Source: Actinomycetota bacterium (GTDB lineage: Bacteria; Actinomycetota; UBA4738; HRBIN12). From it: a stretch of DNA of 64,000 nucleotides. A program made the translations under genes and the position numbers. The stretch lies in the NCBI GenBank assembly GCA_035249905.1, contig DATFFT010000032.1, positions 6,778 to 70,777 on the forward strand, read 5' to 3'. Numbering within the stretch: position 1 is the first letter of the stretch; every line of letters begins with the position of its first letter. A model generated the notes under the pieces. The model ran no database searches, was not told where the DNA came from, and saw nothing but the letters and a program-made list of their open reading frames with translations. Positions 58,574 through 64,000 of this stretch are shown one piece after another.

Positions 58574-59002
58574 CTACGGAGCCTCGTCGCCGACGGCCCG
58601 GAACGAGAGCGACGCCGGCTCCGGAGACCGCGAGCGTGCGTCGCGGAGCCCGTACTTCGTCACGAGCGAAAGGTAGTCACGCTGGTAGAAGATCTTGCAG
58701 GTTATCTCGGGGTAGCGCTCGCGGAGCCGCCGGACCTTCCGGTTCTTCTTGGTCACGAGCTTCTGGTTCAGGGTCGTGATCTCGATGTAGAGATCGAACT
58801 CCGGAAGGAAGAAGTCGGGGGTGAAGCGCTGCAGCACGCGCCCTTCCTTGTCGAAGTCGATGTCGAACGAGGTCGGCTCGTACTCCCAGTCGATGCCGTA
58901 GAAATCGAGGAGCTGCGCGAACTGGCGTTCGGAGGCATGCGCGAACCCGATCGCGTCGCTCTTGAGGGGCGGAACGTCGAGGCCGGCGGTTCGCTCGCTC
59001 AC
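58574..59002 (-). CDS. hypothetical protein with possible PD-(D/E)xK (Vsr/DUF559-like) nuclease fold
   Basis: 142 aa. ...TPDFFLPEFDLYIEITTLNQKLVTKKNRK resembles the D...E.K core of DUF559/Vsr-like endonuclease domains. Overlaps the merR stop (ATGA). Confidence 0.35.
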   Translation of the reverse strand: MSERTAGLDVPPLKSDAIGFAHASERQFAQLLDFYGIDWEYEPTSFDIDFDKEGRVLQRFTPDFFLPEFDLYIEITTLNQKLVTKKNRKVRRLRERYPEITCKIFYQRDYLSLVTKYGLRDARSRSPEPASLSFRAVGDEAP

Positions 59003-59445
59003 GACCCTCCGCCCGCGGCCCGACGGGCCCGCGGTTTCGACGTTGAGGCGACGGAATCCTCGAGGTCGCTGTAGACGGCGTCGAGGGAGATCGCGAACAC
59101 GCCCTGGCCGTTCTTCAGCAGGTCGACGACCGCATCGGGTGAGTGGGCCTCGTACACCCCGTTGCCGTCGGACATGAGCGTCACTCCGTGCGGAGGCCGA
59201 TCCATCGCCTGGAGATGTTCGACCGCCTTCCGGACCCGCTGCAGCGACACGCCGGTGTCGAGCAGCTTCTTGATCACCTTCAGGGTCGCGAGGTCCTGGA
59301 AGGAGTACAGGCGCTGAGTGCCGGAGCCGTGGGCGTCCTTGACCGAGGGCGTGACCAGGCCGGTGCGGGTCCAGTAGTCGAGCTGACGGTACGAGATGCC
59401 CGCGATCCGCTTCGCCTCGGGTGCGCGGAACCCCTGTTCGCTCAT
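58999..59445 (-). CDS. MerR-family transcriptional regulator
   Basis: 148 aa. N-terminal HTH ..IAGISYRQLDYWTRTGLVTP.. Counterpart of M. tuberculosis Rv1830. Confidence 0.8.
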   Translation of the reverse strand: MSEQGFRAPEAKRIAGISYRQLDYWTRTGLVTPSVKDAHGSGTQRLYSFQDLATLKVIKKLLDTGVSLQRVRKAVEHLQAMDRPPHGVTLMSDGNGVYEAHSPDAVVDLLKNGQGVFAISLDAVYSDLEDSVASTSKPRARRAAGGGS

Positions 59446-59622
59446 GACAACTCCGTAATCACGTCCATGTGTTTCGGCAGCGTAGGGGGCACATGGGCGC
59501 CTGTCAACGGCTCGAACCGACGTACCAGGTCACCCGACGCCATCCGCCGGCTCAAGTTCGTCGTCGAGATGCCCGATGACTTTCTAGTCATGAAGGGCCA
59601 TCCGATCGGAGAGGGCGAAGCG

Positions 59623-60096
59623 ATGGCGTTCGCCTTCCGGCGCCTGACCGTGCTGGTTGCGGTGGGCGTCTGCCTCGCGCTCGTGCCCGCCACCTCGCGT
59701 GCGGCCACGCTCGAACGCACCTCCAAGACCCAGGAGCGGGCCACGGCCGCGCGGAAGATGTACGAGAACACGAACGCCGCCCGCGTGAGGCACCACATGC
59801 GCCGCCTCTCGAGAGCGCACGGACTCACGGACGAAGCCACCGCGCACGCTCGGGCGATGGCTCGACGAGGCGACCTGTTCCACTCGTCGGGCCCGAAGCG
59901 GTACGGCGTGCGATGCTGGACCTGGGGCGAGAACGTCGGCTACACGAGCGGGAGCATCTTCGAGCTGCACCGGGCCTTCATGAAGAGCATGTCGCATCGG
60001 CGCAACGTGCTCAACCGCGCCTTCGAGCGGGTCGCGGTCGGCGCGGCCACCGACAGCCGGGGCAGGCTCTTCGTCACGCTCTTCTTCTGCAGCTGA
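59623..60096 (+). CDS. secreted CAP/SCP/PR-1-like domain protein
   Basis: RBS GGAGAGGG before ATG 59623. Signal peptide MAFAFRRLTVLVAVGVCLALVPATSRA. C-terminal GENVGY....HR..M.S..HRRNVLN..FERVAVG matches CAP-domain signatures. Confidence 0.65.
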   Translation: MAFAFRRLTVLVAVGVCLALVPATSRAATLERTSKTQERATAARKMYENTNAARVRHHMRRLSRAHGLTDEATAHARAMARRGDLFHSSGPKRYGVRCWTWGENVGYTSGSIFELHRAFMKSMSHRRNVLNRAFERVAVGAATDSRGRLFVTLFFCS

Positions 60097-60129
60097 CGAC
60101 GATCCGGCTCGGCGAGCCTGCGCTTCGGA

Positions 60130-60603
60130 TCAGCCGGCGAAGTCCTCGGGGGTGACCGTGTCGAGGAACTCACGGAACTTCTCGACCTCGTCGTCCTCGT
60201 CGTCGGGGATCAGGATCGAGGCTTCGTCGAGGACCTCCTCGTCGACGAAGATCGGCACCGACATCCTGACGGCCAACGCGATCGCGTCGGACGGGCGTGA
60301 CGAGATCTCGTAGTCCTCACCCTGCCGGTTCATCGCGATCGTGGCGAAGAACGTCGACTCTCGTAGCTCGGTCACCTCGATGCGGCGGACATCGACGGAG
60401 AGATCCTCGAGGATCGCCCGGAGCAGGTCATGCGTCATCGGACGCGGCGTGACCACGCCTTGCAGGGACAGGGCGATCGCGGCGGCTTCGGCGGCGCCGA
60501 TCCAGATGGGCAGGTATCGCTCACCCTCCCGCTCTCTCAAGAGCACGATCGGTTGGTTCGTCGGGAGCTCGACGCGAACGCCCGTGAGTTCCATCTCGAT
60601 CAT
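60130..60603 (-). CDS. bifunctional nuclease (DUF151) family protein
   Basis: Start at internal ATG MIEMELTGVRVELPTNQPIVLLRE...PIWIG. Counterpart of M. tuberculosis Rv1829. The upstream 99 aa of the ORF-track version is junk. Confidence 0.8.
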   Translation of the reverse strand: MIEMELTGVRVELPTNQPIVLLREREGERYLPIWIGAAEAAAIALSLQGVVTPRPMTHDLLRAILEDLSVDVRRIEVTELRESTFFATIAMNRQGEDYEISSRPSDAIALAVRMSVPIFVDEEVLDEASILIPDDEDDEVEKFREFLDTVTPEDFAG

Positions 60604-60664
60604 GTTCCGAGCGTAACCTCGGGTCCCGGGTCGGGCAACCGAACGACGCACCGCCCGGGGGCGG

Positions 60665-61240
60665 TCACACCGATTCGAAGCGAGGCGTGAGCGCCGCCGG
60701 GTCGGCCTCGAGCGCGTCGATGTCGTCGACCTGCAGGATGTCGGGCAGGTTCCGATACCGTTCCCGGAAGTCGAGACCGTATCCGACCACGAACCGGTCG
60801 GGGCAATCGAACCCGACGTAGCGCGGAACCAACGGGACGATGCGCCGGACGGCCTTGTCCAGCAGCGTGCAGACCTCGATCGATGCCGGCCCGCGCGCAC
60901 GGAGGACCCCCAGCAGGTATCGGAGCGTCAGGCCCGTGTCCACGATGTCCTCGACCAGGATCACGTCGCGGTCGACGAGGTCGATGTCGACGTCGAGCAG
61001 GATCCGCACCCTGCCGAGGGACTCCTCCGCGTCGCCGTACCGGCTGATCGCCATGAAGTGCGGCTCCAGGGCAAGCGGCACGGCCCGCATGAGGTCCGCG
61101 AGGAACACCGCGCCGCCCTTCAGCACCGTGATCAGCACGGGCTCACGCCCCACGTAGTCCCCGGCGATCGTGCGGCCGAGCTCCTGCACCCGGCGGCGGA
61201 TGTCCTCGCGCCCGAACAGGACGCTCGCGACCTCCGTCAT
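60665..61240 (-). CDS. hpt: hypoxanthine-guanine phosphoribosyltransferase
   Basis: Start at internal ATG MTEVASVLF. PRPP-binding VILVEDIVDTGLT. ~191 aa. Confidence 0.88.
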   Translation of the reverse strand: MTEVASVLFGREDIRRRVQELGRTIAGDYVGREPVLITVLKGGAVFLADLMRAVPLALEPHFMAISRYGDAEESLGRVRILLDVDIDLVDRDVILVEDIVDTGLTLRYLLGVLRARGPASIEVCTLLDKAVRRIVPLVPRYVGFDCPDRFVVGYGLDFRERYRNLPDILQVDDIDALEADPAALTPRFESV

Positions 61241-61299
61241 GACGGCGGGGAGCCTAACAGGGTCCGCCCGGCCGGCCGCGCGAACCCGGAGGGTCCGTG

Positions 61300-62598
61300 T
61301 CAGGAAGCGAGGCCTCCGACCGCGTCGCCGAGGGCCCGGCCCACTGCACCGGCGGCGCGGATCCACCAGGGGTCTTCGCCGGCCGGAGGGGGCGGCGGCA
61401 CCTCGGACACGTGGAGGGGGCTGGAACCCAGGCCCACGCCCGGGATCGTGATCGATATCGTCCCCACGCGCTCGCCCGCTGCCGGCGGGAACACCGCGGT
61501 CGGGGCGACGGTGATGCGTTCCCGTACACGGTCGGCCTCGGCCGTCGGGACGAGCGCGGTGATCGCACGCGCCGCCTCGACCGGGACCGCCCCCCCTCGG
61601 ATCGCCACGGTGCCGATCGACTCGCCCGCACGCACGAAGGTCTCCTCACGGAACCCTCGGAACCCGTGGTCGAGCAGGGCCGCGCCCTCGGAGAACGCCT
61701 CGTTCCGATCGCCCAGCACGATCGCGACCAACCGTCGCCCGTTCCGTTCGGCGACCGCCACGAGGCAGGTGCCGGCGCCCGAGGTGTATCCGGTCTTCGC
61801 GCCGACGGCGCCTCGGTAGAGCCACAGCAGCGCGTTGCGGTTCTGAACGCGCCGGGGCTCGCCGCGCGGTGCCTCGATCGTGCGGAACCTCGCGGAGGCG
61901 ATCCGGCCGAACCCCTCCGTCTCGTACGCGGCACGGGTCAGCACGAGCAGGTCGCGGGCCGTGGATCGACCCCGGTCGTCGAGGCCGTGGGGCGAGAAGA
62001 ACCGCGTGTGCCGCATGCCGAGCGCCCTCGCGCGTTCGTTCATCAGCTCGACGAAACCGCGCTCGGACCCCCCCACGTCGATCGCGAGCGCGACGGCAGC
62101 GTCGTTGGCCGATTGCAGCATCAGCGCATCGAGCAGCTCTCGCACGGTTCGGGGCTCTCCGGCGCGGAGTCCCAGCGTCGACGTCGCACCGTAGTCGTCG
62201 TCGTCGAAGACCGCCTCGGCGGACACCACGACCACGTCGTCGAGCTCGCGGCGGCGCAACACGAGCAGCGCGGTCATCACCTTGGTGAGGCTCGCGACCG
62301 GGCGTCGCACGTCTGGCGCCTTGGCGAACATGACCTGCCCGTCGTCGAGATCGGCGAGGATCGCGACCGGAGGTTCGATCGTGGGGACGGGGACGGCATC
62401 CGAGGGGGTCGCCAACGCTTGCGGGAACGGCGAGGGCGATCCTCGCGGTGGCACCGGGGTCGGCGGGGGCCCGGCCCGTTGAGCGGAGGCGCCACCGAGG
62501 ATCGCGATCGTCATCGCGAGCGACGCCGTCACCGAGACGGCGATCGCGGTTCGCCCGAGCCGGAACGGCGGACGCCCCTCGGGACGGTCGGGGTTCAC
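61300..62598 (-). CDS. dacB: D-alanyl-D-alanine carboxypeptidase (S11 serine peptidase, PBP5 family)
   Basis: GTG 62598 overlaps the merR stop. Signal peptide, SLTKVMT (SxxK), SAND-like LQSANDAA, KTG. ~433 aa. Confidence 0.8.
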   Translation of the reverse strand: MNPDRPEGRPPFRLGRTAIAVSVTASLAMTIAILGGASAQRAGPPPTPVPPRGSPSPFPQALATPSDAVPVPTIEPPVAILADLDDGQVMFAKAPDVRRPVASLTKVMTALLVLRRRELDDVVVVSAEAVFDDDDYGATSTLGLRAGEPRTVRELLDALMLQSANDAAVALAIDVGGSERGFVELMNERARALGMRHTRFFSPHGLDDRGRSTARDLLVLTRAAYETEGFGRIASARFRTIEAPRGEPRRVQNRNALLWLYRGAVGAKTGYTSGAGTCLVAVAERNGRRLVAIVLGDRNEAFSEGAALLDHGFRGFREETFVRAGESIGTVAIRGGAVPVEAARAITALVPTAEADRVRERITVAPTAVFPPAAGERVGTISITIPGVGLGSSPLHVSEVPPPPPAGEDPWWIRAAGAVGRALGDAVGGLAS

Positions 62599-63320
62599 GC
62601 GCCGCGGAGGTCCTCGCGCATGTTCGTCCGCAGGAGCGCCTGCTTGAACTTGCGGGAGGTCACCGATAGCTCGGTCAGGGTCTCGGCGGCCACGCGACGG
62701 GCGTCGGGGTTCTTCTGGCGCAGCCGCGGTGCCACGAGATCCTCGAAGAACTTGGCCTCGCGATCGGCGAAGTGCTTGTACATCGTGAGATGTCGCGGCT
62801 CGATGCCGTGACGGAAGAAGTCCTTCACGATCGAGAGCACGATGTAGTCGTCGCCGTCGTAGTACCTGGCGCCGTCGGGACCGTGGGAGCACACGATGCC
62901 GAACGACTCCAGTTCCCTGATGCGGTCGCGTTCCACGCTGGTCGCCGCCGACATCTCTTCGATCGACATCTGCAGGCCCGTCGGCGCCTCCGCGAGCCCC
63001 TCGTCACCACTTTCGTCCTCACCGGCCGCCTCGTCCACACCCGGCGCCCCGTCGGCGGCGTCGACGTCGGCGTCTCGCTGCAGCAGCCGCTCCTTGATCA
63101 CCTTGAGCGGCAGGTACTCGTCGCGCTGCAGGCGCAGGATCGACTTCAGCCGATCGACGTCGTCGGCGTAGAACTTGCGGTACCCCGACGGCGTTCGCTC
63201 GGGCTCGATGAGCCCCTCGGCCTCGAGGAAGCGGATCTTCGAGATGGTGATGTCGGGGAACTCGGTCTTCACGGCCACGAGGACCTCTCCGATCGACTGG
63301 TAGTTGCGGGTTCCCGCCAT
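62595..63320 (-). CDS. MerR-family regulator with extended C-terminal domain
   Basis: Start at internal ATG MAGTRNYQSIGEVL.. HTH, then a long acidic C-terminus. Counterpart of M. tuberculosis Rv1828. Confidence 0.8.
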   Translation of the reverse strand: MAGTRNYQSIGEVLVAVKTEFPDITISKIRFLEAEGLIEPERTPSGYRKFYADDVDRLKSILRLQRDEYLPLKVIKERLLQRDADVDAADGAPGVDEAAGEDESGDEGLAEAPTGLQMSIEEMSAATSVERDRIRELESFGIVCSHGPDGARYYDGDDYIVLSIVKDFFRHGIEPRHLTMYKHFADREAKFFEDLVAPRLRQKNPDARRVAAETLTELSVTSRKFKQALLRTNMREDLRGA

Positions 63321-63328
63321 CTGCCTGA

Positions 63329-63790
63329 TCACTCCCCTGCCGCGAAGAAGACCAACTTGAACCGTCCGACCTGTACCTCGTCGCCTTGCCCGAGCTTCGT
63401 CTCGTCGACCTGCTCTCCGTTGACGTACGTGCCGTTGAGACTGCCGACGTCTCGCACGAACCATTCGGGACCCGGCCGCCGTTCGAACACTGCGTGTGAG
63501 CGCGAGACGGTCACGTCGTCGAGGAAGACGGCGGCGTCGGTGGCGCGACCCACGGTCGTCAGGTCATGATCGATTAGAAACGTCGACCCGGCGTTCGGAC
63601 CACGTTTCACGAGAACCAGAGCCTGACCCGGATGCAGTTCATCGTGAGGGAAGGGAAACTCATCGTGCGCGTCATCGTCGGTCTCGACGGGCGTCAGTGT
63701 CAGGGTCGGGTCCTCGTGGAGTGGAGCTCCACATTCCGCGCAGAATCGCGCGTCGTCTCGATTGCGATGTCCACAACGGGTGCAATACAC
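63329..63790 (-). CDS. garA: FHA-domain protein, GarA-like, with N-terminal zinc ribbon
   Basis: CTRCGHRNRDDARFCAECG zinc ribbon, then FHA (..TTVGRATDAAVFLDDVTVSRSHAVF...NGTYVNGE...). GTG start at 63790. Confidence 0.85.
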   Translation of the reverse strand: MYCTRCGHRNRDDARFCAECGAPLHEDPTLTLTPVETDDDAHDEFPFPHDELHPGQALVLVKRGPNAGSTFLIDHDLTTVGRATDAAVFLDDVTVSRSHAVFERRPGPEWFVRDVGSLNGTYVNGEQVDETKLGQGDEVQVGRFKLVFFAAGE

Positions 63791-64000
63791 GGTCTGGTCC
63801 TCGTACGGTTCGTCCTCCCGCCGAGGATGCAGGTCGAACGTTCGACCCTCCTGGTGGGCTGGAGACCGACGTTACCGCAGGGTGAGGGCACCTTCAACCG
63901 GCGCAGGGCTCAACCCTCGACCATCAGATCCGCTGAGCCTCGACCATGCATCGACGGGATGAAGTCTCGATCCCCACGCGTCCATCGCCGGGCTCACGAC

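Noticed and set aside
59446-59622. Possible glycine riboswitch in the merR/CAP divergent leader
   Set aside because: No recognisable tandem aptamer consensus (GGAGAG...ACCGAAGG) on either strand. Not called.
1-64000. CRISPR arrays, rRNA genes, large tandem repeats
   Set aside because: No regularly spaced direct repeats or rRNA-like conserved blocks noticed. Only short GC palindromes.

Overview
High-GC (~70%) actinobacterial-type chromosomal window with about 65 densely packed genes, mostly housekeeping, and strong gene-order conservation with mycobacterial loci.

Content from start to end:
- Glycolytic pgk-tpiA, followed by an archaeal-type cofactor-independent phosphoglycerate mutase (apgM), a 5-gene peptide/nickel-type ABC importer, secG and tRNA-Leu(GAG).
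- A short decayed mobile-element scar: a frameshifted xis/AlpA-like HTH ORF next to the tRNA and an IS3-family OrfA N-terminal fragment.
- A run of individual genes: dinB, an F420-type (DUF385) oxidoreductase, an ABC-F ATPase, an amidohydrolase, tandem DmdA-family aminomethyltransferases and an HtrA protease.
- A ttuB-like/ttuA/trmI tRNA T-loop modification cluster sitting directly upstream of a complete Pup-proteasome locus (mpa/arc, dop, pup ending GGE, prcB, prcA, pafA, pafB, pafC). Two opposite-strand genes are inserted between pafA and pafB. The locus continues with tatA-tatC, a lipid-kinase-like gene, helY, a second lipid-kinase-like gene and an M24 peptidase.
- cysS, then a divergent 4-TM FtsH-like AAA+ zinc protease preceded by a lipoprotein gene, and an Lrp regulator.
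- Divergent from Lrp, a minimal 246-aa reverse-transcriptase-like protein (RT motifs 1-6, WVDD in place of YADD, no thumb) followed 10 nt downstream by an Amidohydro_3 gene. This is the most unusual element in the window.
- A ~400-bp structured non-coding gap, then DUF4193, an lnt-ppm1 fusion, DUF1801, split glycine dehydrogenase gcvPA/gcvPB, and a garA/merR/nuclease region syntenic with M. tuberculosis Rv1827-Rv1832.

No CRISPR arrays, rRNA genes or intact transposons were seen. The many long antisense ORFs are GC-content artefacts. All calls are made by eye from motifs; no searches were run.
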